Notes: generated from the sequence alone by a model not told the origin. 63,392 nt of DNA, filler included, from Acidimicrobiia bacterium (GCA_041577335.1; 6 parts of 6 records of this genome joined end to end with filler, not necessarily neighbours in it), one strand, 5' to 3'. Counted from the whole stretch's first letter, positions 31,378 through 41,246 are shown. Numbers and translations are program-made.

Positions 31378-32909
31378 CCGAACGTAGGAGCCGCCGCGGC
31401 GGGGGGCGTTCCGCTCGCCAAGCAGCCCGATCGATCGTTCTCGAACACGAGCCGTTTCTGACCCGCAAGCTGAAGCCGATCGAGGTGCTCGACGAAGAGG
31501 GTCTCTCGATCATCGAGCGCAACGCCGAGACCATTCTCGAGCAGGTCGGCATGGAGATCATGGGGTACGACGAAGCGCTGACGATCTTTTCCGGCGCAGG
31601 CGCCGAGGTCGACGGCACCAGGGTGAGGTTCCCGCGTGGCATGTGCCGGGAGCTCATCCAAAACTCAGCTCCGCGATCGTTCGTGCAGACCGCTCGCAAT
31701 CCGGCCCGCTCGGTGACCATAGGCGACCCTCACACGGTCTTGGTGCCTGCCTATGGGTCGCCGTTCGTGCGAGATCTCGACAAGGGCCGACGCTATGCCA
31801 CCTACGAGGACTTCGTGAACTTCTCGAAGCTCGCCTACTCCTCGCCCACGCTTCATCACAACGGGGGGACGCTGGTGGAGCCGGTCGATCTCCCGGTGAA
31901 CAAGCGCCACTACGACATGATCTACGCACACATCAAGTATTCCGACAAGGCATTCATGGGATCGGTCACCCACCCCGATCGCGCTCGCGACACCGTGGAG
32001 ATGTGTCGGGTGTTTTTCGGCGCTGACTACCTCGAGGACCATACGGTGGTCATCGGTCTCGCCAACGCCAACTCGCCCTTGGGCTGGGACTACAACATGT
32101 TGGGCTCGGCCAAGGCATATGCCGAGGCCAACCAAGCCGTGCTCGTGACGCCTTTCATCTTGGCCGGCGCCATGTCGCCAGTGACCGTGGCCGGGGCGGC
32201 AGCGCAGACGTTGGCCGAAGCCATGGCCGGCATGGCCTTCACACAGATCGTGCGGCCAGGAGCGCCTGTGATCTTCGGTTCGTTCGCCAGCTCGATGTCG
32301 ATGCAATCGGGTGCCCCGACCTTTGGGACACCCGAGCCGATGTTGCTCCTCATCACATTGTCACAGCTGGCTAGGCGGCTCGGCGTGCCGTTTCGATCGG
32401 CCGGCAATTTCACCGCCTCCAAGACCCCCGACGCCCAAGCGGCATACGAGTCCATGGCCAGTTTCCTCCCCGGCATTCAGGTGGGCGTGAACTTCTTGCT
32501 TCACACGGCCGGCTGGTTGGAGGGCGGCCTCACCATGGGGTACGAGAAGTACATACTCGACGAGGACCAGGCTGGAGCGGCAGCCAAGTACGTCGCCGGC
32601 GTCGACATGTCGGAGAACGGTCAGGCGCTGGAAACGATCCTCACCAATGGCCCGGGCCAGCACTTCCTGGGAACCGCCCACACGCTTGCCAACTTCGAGA
32701 CGGCGTTCTGGGTGTCGGCCCTGGCCGACAGCAACAGCTTCGAGCAATGGCAGGACGAAGGCGCCGAAGATTCGATCACACGTGCCAATCGCGTATGGAA
32801 GAAGCGCCTCGAGGAATACCAGCAGCCTGCCATCGATGAAGCCCAAGACGAGGCACTCCGTGAATGGATCGATCGCAAAAAGGCTTCGTTTCCGGATTCC
32901 GATGTCTAG
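31374..32909 (+). CDS. MttB-superfamily methyltransferase without pyrrolysine (MtgB-like)
   Basis: NSPL, PFILAGAMSPVT, APTFGTPE, DAQAAYES and HTAGWLEGGL; no in-frame TAG. Confidence 0.9.
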   Translation: MTERRSRRGGGRSARQAARSIVLEHEPFLTRKLKPIEVLDEEGLSIIERNAETILEQVGMEIMGYDEALTIFSGAGAEVDGTRVRFPRGMCRELIQNSAPRSFVQTARNPARSVTIGDPHTVLVPAYGSPFVRDLDKGRRYATYEDFVNFSKLAYSSPTLHHNGGTLVEPVDLPVNKRHYDMIYAHIKYSDKAFMGSVTHPDRARDTVEMCRVFFGADYLEDHTVVIGLANANSPLGWDYNMLGSAKAYAEANQAVLVTPFILAGAMSPVTVAGAAAQTLAEAMAGMAFTQIVRPGAPVIFGSFASSMSMQSGAPTFGTPEPMLLLITLSQLARRLGVPFRSAGNFTASKTPDAQAAYESMASFLPGIQVGVNFLLHTAGWLEGGLTMGYEKYILDEDQAGAAAKYVAGVDMSENGQALETILTNGPGQHFLGTAHTLANFETAFWVSALADSNSFEQWQDEGAEDSITRANRVWKKRLEEYQQPAIDEAQDEALREWIDRKKASFPDSDV

Positions 32910-32922
32910 GCAACGCCCGCCC

Positions 32923-33759
32923 ATGACTTCCGAGACCAAGGCGGCCCTCCGCCGGGTACTCGAGCACGCCAAGTTCGAGCTCATTCCCCTCAAGAATGTG
33001 CTCGAGCAGGCCCGCTTCCTCCCTGAGGGCGCAACCGTGTCGGTCACGGCGTCACCTGCCAAAGGTCTCGACGCGACCATCGATCTGGCTGAGCAGCTGC
33101 AACAGATGGGCTTCGACGTGGTTCCTCATCTTTCGGCCCGCCTCACGCGCGACCGGAGCCACCTCGAGGCGATCGTGAAACGCCTTGCGGATCTCGACAT
33201 CCACAAGGCGTTTGTCGTGGGTGGCGACGCCGAAGATCCCGGCGACTATTTCGATGGCTTGTCCCTCCTGAACGATCTCGGGGACATTGGCTATCCGTTC
33301 ACCGAGATCGGCGTGCCCTCATATCCGGAGGGCCATGCAGTGATTCCTACGAGCGCTCTCAATCAAGCGCTCGCCGATAAGCAGCCGTTCGCCAACTACA
33401 TGGCCACCCAGATGTGCTTCGATGGTGAAGCAATCGAGACGTGGCTGGGCGAGATGCGGGCCATGGGGATCGTGCTCCCCGTAGTGCTCGGCCTGCCCGG
33501 CGTTGCCGATCGTCTGAAGCTGCTCACGATCTCGGCTCGGATCGGTGTCGGCGACTCAGTGCGCTTCCTCAAGAAGAACACCAGTCTCATCGGCAAGTTC
33601 GCCAAGCCCGGCGGCTACAGCCCCGCTGAGTTGCTGGAGGACTTGGGTCCGTACCTGGCCGACTCGAGCGCCAACATCCAAGGTGCGCACATCTACACGT
33701 TCAACCAGTGCGAGACCACGGAAGGGTGGCGCCAGGATTATCTGGCTTCGCTGACGTAG
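32923..33759 (+). CDS. metF: Methylenetetrahydrofolate reductase-like
   Basis: VSVTASP, PHLSAR, VVGGD, YPEGH, TQMCFD and HIYTFNQ. Confidence 0.82.
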   Translation: MTSETKAALRRVLEHAKFELIPLKNVLEQARFLPEGATVSVTASPAKGLDATIDLAEQLQQMGFDVVPHLSARLTRDRSHLEAIVKRLADLDIHKAFVVGGDAEDPGDYFDGLSLLNDLGDIGYPFTEIGVPSYPEGHAVIPTSALNQALADKQPFANYMATQMCFDGEAIETWLGEMRAMGIVLPVVLGLPGVADRLKLLTISARIGVGDSVRFLKKNTSLIGKFAKPGGYSPAELLEDLGPYLADSSANIQGAHIYTFNQCETTEGWRQDYLASLT

Positions 33760-34907
33760 GCGAGTTGATGGGGGCGGCGCGTCTCCGCCCAGACGAAGCC
33801 AGCTGTGGCAAGTGCCACGAATCCGGCCACCGACGCGTACATCATGGTGTAGCCGCCCAGATCGATGAGCCATCCCATAACGGGCGCGGCCAGGAGGCTG
33901 GCCAGCGGGAAGAAGCTCAGGAACCCGCTCAATGCCGCACCGCGGTCCTCGACAGGTGTGCGGGTGACCACCAGGGAGTACAGGATCGGAAAGGCGTATC
34001 CGTGCGCCGCACCGGTGAGGATGGCCGCGCCTAGGAACAGGATGTCACCGGGTGCAATGGCCAACAACGACAGACCCACCACCATGCCCACCATGGAGGC
34101 AGTGAGGAGCCTCAATTCCCCAACCCGTTGCGGCAGCCGCGCTCCGAGGATGCGCAGCGTGATCGCCGTTCCCGAGTAGACCGCAAAGAACGCTCCAACC
34201 GATCCGATGCCGGTGGCGTCGACGTAGGTCGTCAGAAACACGAAGTACGAGATCATGGCCACCGCGAAGCCGCCAGAAACCAGCCAGATCGGCTGGAGAC
34301 TCCTTCGCGCCACCGCTTGCATGAAGCCGCCGGTAGGCCTGGTTTGTCTTTTGGCTTCACGGAGCGGCAATGCTGCGATCAGTGCCAGCGCCGCGAAGCC
34401 GGTGGCAACGATGAAGAAGAGCTCGAAGTCACCGATCCGGAGGACGAAGTCGCCGATCAGCCCACCGAGGGCGATCGGGAGCTGTCCGCTCACTCCGAAC
34501 AAGGCCAGCCCTTCGGTGCGGCGATCTTCGGGGATGATGTCAGCGCCATAAGTCGCCAGCGCCGTGAAAAGCACCGCCTCGGCCATGCCGTGCACGATGG
34601 TGAGGGCATAGACCCACCAGCTCAACGAATCGACCGTCAGGTAGAGGCCGGCGCTCAGGACGTTGATGATGTTGCCTGCGTGAATCAGCGGTCGGCGCCC
34701 AATACGATCCATGAGCACGCCCACGAAGGGTCGCAGGATCAAAGAGCCGATCGAGCCGACCCCGATCACCAGCCCAATCCGGACTTCGTCGGCCCCCAGT
34801 TCCACCAGAAACGCGGCGAAGTGCACGAAGAGGGCGAAACTGAGGCCCATCAGCATCTGCGAAAGAAACGCAAAGACGAAGGATCGGGTTAAGAGACGGC
34901 TCGCCAT
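33738..34907 (-). CDS. MFS transporter
   Basis: About 12 TM segments, GVLMDRIGRR motif A. Confidence 0.9.
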   Translation of the reverse strand: MASRLLTRSFVFAFLSQMLMGLSFALFVHFAAFLVELGADEVRIGLVIGVGSIGSLILRPFVGVLMDRIGRRPLIHAGNIINVLSAGLYLTVDSLSWWVYALTIVHGMAEAVLFTALATYGADIIPEDRRTEGLALFGVSGQLPIALGGLIGDFVLRIGDFELFFIVATGFAALALIAALPLREAKRQTRPTGGFMQAVARRSLQPIWLVSGGFAVAMISYFVFLTTYVDATGIGSVGAFFAVYSGTAITLRILGARLPQRVGELRLLTASMVGMVVGLSLLAIAPGDILFLGAAILTGAAHGYAFPILYSLVVTRTPVEDRGAALSGFLSFFPLASLLAAPVMGWLIDLGGYTMMYASVAGFVALATAGFVWAETRRPHQLAYVSEAR

Positions 34908-34926
34908 GACCGAGCGAGGCTAACCA

Positions 34927-35109
34927 GCCCCGCTCACTTCGTTCGCTCTTGGTCGACCGGTTTTTGGGCCCGGCCCCCTGATTTCCTCCTCCAGCGAACG
35001 AAGTGAGCTGTTGGGGCGAGAACGCGAAGCGTTCTCGAATGCAGTTGCGTCGCAACTGCACGGAGGTGGTTTCGCCGGTAGGCGAAAGCGGAGGGGGCGG
35101 AGGAGGCGC
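34927..35109. repeat. Nested multi-hairpin palindromic element at the contig end
   Basis: 16-bp inverted repeat 34932-34947/34993-35008; hairpins 35017-35037, 35040-35060 and 35070-35087; CCTCCTCC (34985)/GGAGGAGG (35099). Confidence 0.7.
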
Positions 35110-35209
35110 NNNNNNNNNNNNNNNNNNNNNNNNNNNNNNNNNNNNNNNNNNNNTTAATTAATTAANNNNNNNNNNNNNNNNNNNNNNNNNNNNNNNNNNN
35201 NNNNNNNNN
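35110..35209. other. Artificial contig spacer
   Basis: N run with TTAATTAATTAA. Confidence 0.99.
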
Positions 35210-35219
35210 GGTCAGCCAG

Positions 35220-35467
35220 TAGTCGACCCAAATCAGGATTTGGGTCGAGCTGCGCCGCGCCTTCGGCTCGGCTCCGATCTGTTCGTGCGGCCCTACGGCC
35301 GCCCTCTCGCTGGTCGGTCGGCAAACGCATTGCTGGGGAGTTTGAGGGGCGGCTCCGCCGGCCCCTCATTCAGGAGGTTCGGCGACCCGTGCGCCGAACC
35401 GACAGGATGAGCGCCGACGAAGGTCGGCACCTTCAGAAAACTCGATCGAATCCTGATTCGATCGAAA
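35220..35467. repeat. Modular REP/BIME-like element, copy 1 (inverted H+B, then A+H)
   Basis: Shares modules A, B and TCGA...CCTG...TCGA hairpins with 36969-37194. Confidence 0.8.
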
Positions 35468-36844
35468 CTAGAGCTGCTCGAAACGGCACGTGAAGTGGCG
35501 CAGCCAAGGTGCCTGTTCGACGATGCGGTAGCCGGGCAGGTCGGCAGCTCGGTCTGCCGCGGCGATCACCACCTCTGCGACGAAGTCAATATGGCTCTGG
35601 GTGTAGGTACGGCGAGGGATCGCAAGGCGCACCAGCTCGAGTGGGGCCGGTTCCTCGGTGCCATCGGCGCGAGGTTTGCCGAACATCACCGAACCGATCT
35701 CCACGCCCCGCACACCTCCCTCGAGGTACAGCTCAGCGGCCAGCGCCTGCGCCGGATACTGTGCCGGGGACAGATGCGGCAGGAGCGCAGACGCATCGAG
35801 GTACACGGCGTGGCCGCCGGGAGGCTGCACGATGGGGACTCCCGCCGCCGCCACCTTGTCGGCCAAGTACGCCGTCGAACGGATCCGGTAGCGGAGGTAC
35901 GTTTCGTCGAGGACCTCTTCGAGTCCCACGGCGATTGCCTCGAGATCCCGCCCCGCCAAGCCGCCGTATGTGGGGAATCCTTCGGTGAGAATGAGCAAGT
36001 TCCGGCACCGCGCCGCCAACTCCGGGTCGTTGGTAGCCAAGAACCCGCCGATGTTGGCGAGTCCATCCTTTTTCGCGGAGAACGTCGCACCGTCGGCCAG
36101 CGAGAACATCTCCAGCGCGATCTGTCGGGGAGTCCGATCGGAGTAGCCCTCTTCGCGTTGCTGGATGAAGTAGGCATTCTCGGCGAAACGGCACGCATCG
36201 AGGAAGAACGGAATTCCGTGCCGACGACAGAGCTCCGACACCGACTTCAGGTTGGCCATCGAAACAGGCTGGCCGCCGCCGGAGTTGTTGGTGACGGTGA
36301 CCATCACCAACGGGATGTGGTCGGCTCCGACTTCGGCGATGGTCCCCTCCAGTGCGGCGATGTTCATGTTCCCCTTGAAGGGATGTTTGGCGGACGGGAT
36401 ACGGCCGATCTCGGGCAGCAAGTCACGAGCCTCGGCACCGGCATACTCCACGTTGGCCCGAGTCGTATCGAAATGGGTGTTGTTGGGCACGACCTGCCCG
36501 GGTCGCACGGTTTCCGAGAACAGGATTCGCTCCGCGGCCCTTCCCTGGTGGGTGGGAATCACCTCCGCGAAGCCGGTGACCTCCTGCACGGCTGCCTTGA
36601 ACCGGTAATAGGACCGGCTCCCGGCGTACGACTCGTCGGCCTCCATCACCGCCCCCCACTGCATGGCGGACATCGCCCCGGTGCCGCTGTCGGTCAGCAG
36701 GTCGATGATGACCTCGTCGGAATGGAGGCCGAAGAGGTTCCAGGAGTTGCGACGCAGCGCGGCCTCCCGCTGGTCAGCGCCTGGAAGGCTGATGGCCTGC
36801 ACACTGTGGATCTTGAACGGTTCGATGATGGTGCGAAATGGCAT
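35468..36844 (-). CDS. tnaA: Tryptophanase (beta-eliminating lyase)
   Basis: IDLLTDSGT, PTHQGR, SAKKD (PLP Lys), EGFPTYGG. C-terminal LRHF favours tryptophanase over tyrosine phenol-lyase (LRFF). Confidence 0.8.
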   Translation of the reverse strand: MPFRTIIEPFKIHSVQAISLPGADQREAALRRNSWNLFGLHSDEVIIDLLTDSGTGAMSAMQWGAVMEADESYAGSRSYYRFKAAVQEVTGFAEVIPTHQGRAAERILFSETVRPGQVVPNNTHFDTTRANVEYAGAEARDLLPEIGRIPSAKHPFKGNMNIAALEGTIAEVGADHIPLVMVTVTNNSGGGQPVSMANLKSVSELCRRHGIPFFLDACRFAENAYFIQQREEGYSDRTPRQIALEMFSLADGATFSAKKDGLANIGGFLATNDPELAARCRNLLILTEGFPTYGGLAGRDLEAIAVGLEEVLDETYLRYRIRSTAYLADKVAAAGVPIVQPPGGHAVYLDASALLPHLSPAQYPAQALAAELYLEGGVRGVEIGSVMFGKPRADGTEEPAPLELVRLAIPRRTYTQSHIDFVAEVVIAAADRAADLPGYRIVEQAPWLRHFTCRFEQL

Positions 36845-36968
36845 CGGCTTCCCTCTCTCGGTTTCCCCCGAGTCTGCCATCCGCATCACTTGGAGAACCC
36901 CCTCCTCAGACTCAACTAGGACCGCCAAACGACCCTTCTTTGAGGTCTCCAATCGACAGACGCTTCAT

Positions 36969-37194
36969 TGGGGAGTTTGAGGGGAAAGGCTCCTGCCGCC
37001 CCCTCATTCGTGGATGGCGGCGACCTGCGCGGCGTCATCCACATTGTGAGGGCCGCCGAAGGGCGGCACGACCAGAAAACTCGACCGGGGCCTGCCCCGG
37101 TCGACACGTTGAGGGCGGCCGGAGGGCCGCTCCTCCAGGACGCAGCCGAGCCGAAGGCGAGGCGCAGCTCGATCCGATCCTGATCGGATCGAAA
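36969..37194. repeat. Modular REP/BIME-like element, copy 2 (A+H+B+H)
   Basis: TGGGGAGTTTGAGGGG...CAGAAAAC, hairpin 37081-37104, module B 37111-37168, hairpin 37169-37192. Confidence 0.8.
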
Positions 37195-38469
37195 CTATTC
37201 CTTTACATACGGCTGGCCGTCGGCGGCTGGTGGGCGGGCCCTTCCAACGATGCCGGCAACCACAACGATCGTGGCCACGTAGGGAGCCATGAGCAGGAAC
37301 TCAGACGGAATGGGCGTCTGCAGGATGGCCAGCTTGCCGGCCAGTGAGTCGGCGAAGCCAAAGACGAGGGCGGCGCCGAGCGCCCCGACGGGCTTCCAGC
37401 GGCCGAAGATCATGGCGGCGAGGCCGATGAATCCGAGGCCGGCAGTCATGTTCTCCTCGAACCGACCAGCGGAGCCGAGCGTGAAGAATGCTCCGCCGAA
37501 TCCGGCGACAACGCCACCCAGCATGACGTTGAGGTACCGCATCCGATAGACATTGATGCCGACGGTGTCGGCAGCTTTCGGCTTCTCACCCACCGACCTC
37601 GATCGCAGTCCCCAACGGGTCTTGAAGAGCCCGTACTGCAACACGATCACCGCCAGGAACATGCCGTAGACGAAGATGTTGTTGTCGAAGAAGATGGGAC
37701 CGATCATCGGAATGTCCCCGAGCAGCGGGATCTTGATGGGAAGGAATCGGCCGCTGTTGTTGAGATCGGGGATCTCTACGAGGATCCGCGAAGTCAGGTA
37801 AGACGTGAGGCCCAGAACAAAGATGTTGATGAACACGCCAGAGATGATCTGGTCCACTCGGTAGCGGACGGATAGGACCGCCAGTACCCAGCCAAGAAGA
37901 ACACCGGTCAGCATCGCAGAGAAGATTCCCAGCCAGATATTGGTTGCCGATCCAACGACGCCGCCCACGAAGGCACCACCGAGCAGTTGGCCCTCGATGG
38001 CGATATTGATGACCGCCACCCGCTCACACAAAACTCCGGCGAGAGCACCGAGGGCGATCGGAACCGCCTGGACCACCGTCGCGTTGAGCATGCCGACGAG
38101 CGAGAACTTACCGTCGGCAGCCGCCCAGGCAAGAAACGCCAGTATGAACAAGCCAAAGACCACACCAAGGACAACGTTCGCTTTCTTACCGAATCCCCGA
38201 GCGAGTTGGGTGGCCCCCAGGAACGCAAAAATCACCGCAATGAGGGTGGTGAGCGGGCGAACGCCCACCATGAAATCAGGAACCGAGACCGTGTCGGTTG
38301 GCCGCGACAAGCCGAAGGTCGCCACCGAGCCCGACTCAACGCCGAGCGTGAACACCAGATACACGAATGCCGCCATCACCAAATACAAGATCCCGAGAAC
38401 TCGGGCACGCCGAATCTCGGCAGGCGTCCGGATGACCTCGGCGGTCGTTGTCGCAACGGCTGCGGTCAT
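37195..38469 (-). CDS. Nucleoside/simple-sugar ABC permease 2
   Basis: CERVAVINIAIEG, GEKPKAADTVG and GFIGLAAMIFG. Confidence 0.9.
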   Translation of the reverse strand: MTAAVATTTAEVIRTPAEIRRARVLGILYLVMAAFVYLVFTLGVESGSVATFGLSRPTDTVSVPDFMVGVRPLTTLIAVIFAFLGATQLARGFGKKANVVLGVVFGLFILAFLAWAAADGKFSLVGMLNATVVQAVPIALGALAGVLCERVAVINIAIEGQLLGGAFVGGVVGSATNIWLGIFSAMLTGVLLGWVLAVLSVRYRVDQIISGVFINIFVLGLTSYLTSRILVEIPDLNNSGRFLPIKIPLLGDIPMIGPIFFDNNIFVYGMFLAVIVLQYGLFKTRWGLRSRSVGEKPKAADTVGINVYRMRYLNVMLGGVVAGFGGAFFTLGSAGRFEENMTAGLGFIGLAAMIFGRWKPVGALGAALVFGFADSLAGKLAILQTPIPSEFLLMAPYVATIVVVAGIVGRARPPAADGQPYVKE

Positions 38470-39677
38470 GCTCCCCATCCAGACGTGAGCTGGGTCGGTC
38501 CTTCGTCGTCAAAGCTCAGTCGGTAGAGCCCTCGGATCAGCGCCGGGGCCGCAATGAAGATGATGACGAGGGCTTGGATCACCTGCACCAGGTCGACAGG
38601 TATGAAGACGGTCGCTTGCATCTCGCGTCCACCTGCCTCGAGGGCGCCGAACAAGAGGCCGGCGAGCACGACGCCGACGGGGTGCGACCTTCCCAGGAGA
38701 GCCAACCCAATGGCATCGAAGCCGATCCCAGCCGAGAATCCGGGGGTGCCCCGATACAGGATCCCCTGAACGGTGTCGGCGCCGGCCAGTCCGGCGAGGG
38801 CGCCCGCCACGCCCATCACCGCGACATAGAGAAAGGCAACCCGCATGCCGCCATACCGTGCCGCGTCGGGGTTGAATCCGACAGCTCTGAACTCGTACCC
38901 GATCGTCGACTTGAAGAGCAACCAGTAGATGAAGCCTGCCGCCAGCAACGCCATGATGATGCCGGCGTGAACCCTCAGTTGACCGTCGACGAAGCCCAGC
39001 AGTCGAGGCAGGCGAGCGCTTTCGGGGATCGACTGCGAAACCGGATCGGCCCGATCGGGCACTCGGAAGAAGTCCGTGGTGAGCAGGTAGAGCGCTCCGA
39101 ATGCTGCGATGAAGTTCAGCATGATCGTGGTGATGACCTCGTGGGCGCCGGTGCGAGCCTTGAGAAGCCCAGATATGCCTCCCCAGATCGCCCCACCGAG
39201 CGCTCCGCCGGCGATGGCCGCCAGCATGTGCAGCGGGAAAGGAAGCGCGGTCAGCTTGATCCCCACCATCACGGCCATCATGCCACCGACGATGATCTGT
39301 CCTTCGCCGCCGATATTGAACAGCCCAGCTCGGAACCCCACCGCCACCGACAGCCCGGCCAGGATCACGGGTGAGGCAGATACCAACGTCTCGGAGATTG
39401 CTCGAGTTGAGCCAAAAGAGCCGACGAACAGTGCCGTGAAGGATGATCTCACCGACTCCCACGCAGCCGCGGGGTACTCTCCCGGGGTTTCACGCAGCAG
39501 TCGCCACAGATCCGGATCGGTGATCACCAGAATGAGGGCTCCTACGATGAGGGCCGTGACCACGGCCAGCAGCGGCAGGATGATCGCCTGTCGCATGCTG
39601 GATCTGACACCGGTCAGATCTTCGAGAAACCCAGGCTCGTGGGGCGGAACCGCCGGCTGCTCGGTGTCGGAACTCAC
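38466..39677 (-). CDS. Nucleoside/simple-sugar ABC permease 1
   Basis: FRAGLFNIGGEGQ, HEVITTIMLN and GFDAIGLALLG. Confidence 0.9.
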   Translation of the reverse strand: MSSDTEQPAVPPHEPGFLEDLTGVRSSMRQAIILPLLAVVTALIVGALILVITDPDLWRLLRETPGEYPAAAWESVRSSFTALFVGSFGSTRAISETLVSASPVILAGLSVAVGFRAGLFNIGGEGQIIVGGMMAVMVGIKLTALPFPLHMLAAIAGGALGGAIWGGISGLLKARTGAHEVITTIMLNFIAAFGALYLLTTDFFRVPDRADPVSQSIPESARLPRLLGFVDGQLRVHAGIIMALLAAGFIYWLLFKSTIGYEFRAVGFNPDAARYGGMRVAFLYVAVMGVAGALAGLAGADTVQGILYRGTPGFSAGIGFDAIGLALLGRSHPVGVVLAGLLFGALEAGGREMQATVFIPVDLVQVIQALVIIFIAAPALIRGLYRLSFDDEGPTQLTSGWGA

Positions 39678-41197
39678 GCCGTCTCCTTCTCCTCGGGGCT
39701 TCCCCCGGCCATGTACAAACCGAGCTCGGTCGCATCCGTGGAGGCGGCGTCGAGCACAACGACGATCTTGCCTGCGAACATGACGGCGATGCGGTCACTG
39801 AGGGCGAGGACCTCGTCCAACTCAGTGGACACGAGGAGCACCGCCACCCCGGCATCGCGCTGCTTCACCATTTGGCTGTGGATGTATTCGATCGATCCCA
39901 CGTCGAGCCCGCGAGTCGGTTGGCTGGCGACGATGAGCTTGACGTCGCGGCTGAACTCCCGGGCGACGATGACCTTTTGCTGATTGCCACCGGACAAGGT
40001 GCTGGCGGGAACGTCGATCGACGGTGTTCGCACGTCGAAGCGCTCGGCGAGTTCGGCAGCGTCAGACTGAACGACGTCCCATTGCATCATCACACCCTTG
40101 GAGTACGGCGCGTCGTAGTAGCTGTCGAGCACCATGTTCTCGGCGATGGTGAAGTCCAGTACCAGCCCGCTCTTCTGTCGATCTTCGGGCACGTGGGCAA
40201 CACCATTGTGGTGGAGCCACCGAGGAGGCTTGTCCAACGTCTCTGCGCCGTCGATGAGGATTGAGCCTCCGATGGGCACCCGCAGGCCGGTGATCGCTTC
40301 AACGAGCTCGGATTGACCATTTCCCTGCACGCCGGCGACTCCCACGATTTCGCCCGAGTGGACGGTCAGCGAGACGCCGTTGACGGCCGGATGAGCGCGA
40401 TCGTCCACGACCAAGAGATCTTTGATTGCGAGCATGGGCTCGCCCGGCTCGGCCACCGACTTCTCGACGACGAGGTCGACCGGCCGCCCCACCATCATTT
40501 GGGCGAGCTCCTCTGGGTTGGTCGTCGACGGGTCGGCAGAACCAACGATCTTGCCCCGTCGTATCACGCCGATCCGATCAGCCAGATCCAACACTTCGTG
40601 GAGCTTGTGGGTTATGAAGATGATGCCCTTGCCGCTGTCCCGCAATCCCCGGAGAATCTCGAACAGGTCGTCAACCTCTTGTGGGGTCAGGACCGCAGTC
40701 GGCTCATCGAGAACGAGAAACTCAGCATGCCGGAACAGCACTTTGATGATTTCCACTCGCTGCTGCACGCCCACCGGGAGGTCCTCGATGATCGCATCGG
40801 GATCGACGGCCAGGCCATACTCTTCGGAGATCTCGGTCAGGCGTTTCTTGCCACGGCGAAGATCGAGGATGCCGCCGAAGGAGGTCGGCTCGTCACCGAG
40901 GACGACGTTCTCGACGACGGAGAAGACCGGGACGAGCATGAAATGCTGATGCACCATTCCAATTCCGGCGGCGATTGCGTCAGAGGGTGATTCAAAATGC
41001 TGCACGACACCGTCGATGAGAATCTCTCCGCTGTCGGCTCCGTAGAGACCGTAGAGGATGTTCATGAGGGTCGATTTGCCCGCACCGTTCTCTCCGAGCA
41101 GCGCCAGGATCTCGCCCGACTCGACTTCGAGGTCGACAGAATCGTTGGCAAGGACTCCAGGAAACTGTTTGGTGATTCCCCTGAGCTCGAGCCTCAC
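39674..41197 (-). CDS. Nucleoside/simple-sugar ABC ATP-binding protein (two NBDs)
   Basis: GENGAGKST, DEPTAVL and LSGGNQQK; GTG start with AAGGAG RBS. Confidence 0.93.
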   Translation of the reverse strand: MRLELRGITKQFPGVLANDSVDLEVESGEILALLGENGAGKSTLMNILYGLYGADSGEILIDGVVQHFESPSDAIAAGIGMVHQHFMLVPVFSVVENVVLGDEPTSFGGILDLRRGKKRLTEISEEYGLAVDPDAIIEDLPVGVQQRVEIIKVLFRHAEFLVLDEPTAVLTPQEVDDLFEILRGLRDSGKGIIFITHKLHEVLDLADRIGVIRRGKIVGSADPSTTNPEELAQMMVGRPVDLVVEKSVAEPGEPMLAIKDLLVVDDRAHPAVNGVSLTVHSGEIVGVAGVQGNGQSELVEAITGLRVPIGGSILIDGAETLDKPPRWLHHNGVAHVPEDRQKSGLVLDFTIAENMVLDSYYDAPYSKGVMMQWDVVQSDAAELAERFDVRTPSIDVPASTLSGGNQQKVIVAREFSRDVKLIVASQPTRGLDVGSIEYIHSQMVKQRDAGVAVLLVSTELDEVLALSDRIAVMFAGKIVVVLDAASTDATELGLYMAGGSPEEKETA

Positions 41198-41246
41198 TCC
41201 GTTCTCCTTCCGCCTCGGGCGAGCGACGAATCGGACCCTACTATGC

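Noticed and set aside
31374..32909. Pyrrolysine-containing trimethylamine methyltransferase
   Set aside because: The ORF is uninterrupted for 511 aa with no in-frame TAG, and there are no pyl genes in the window.
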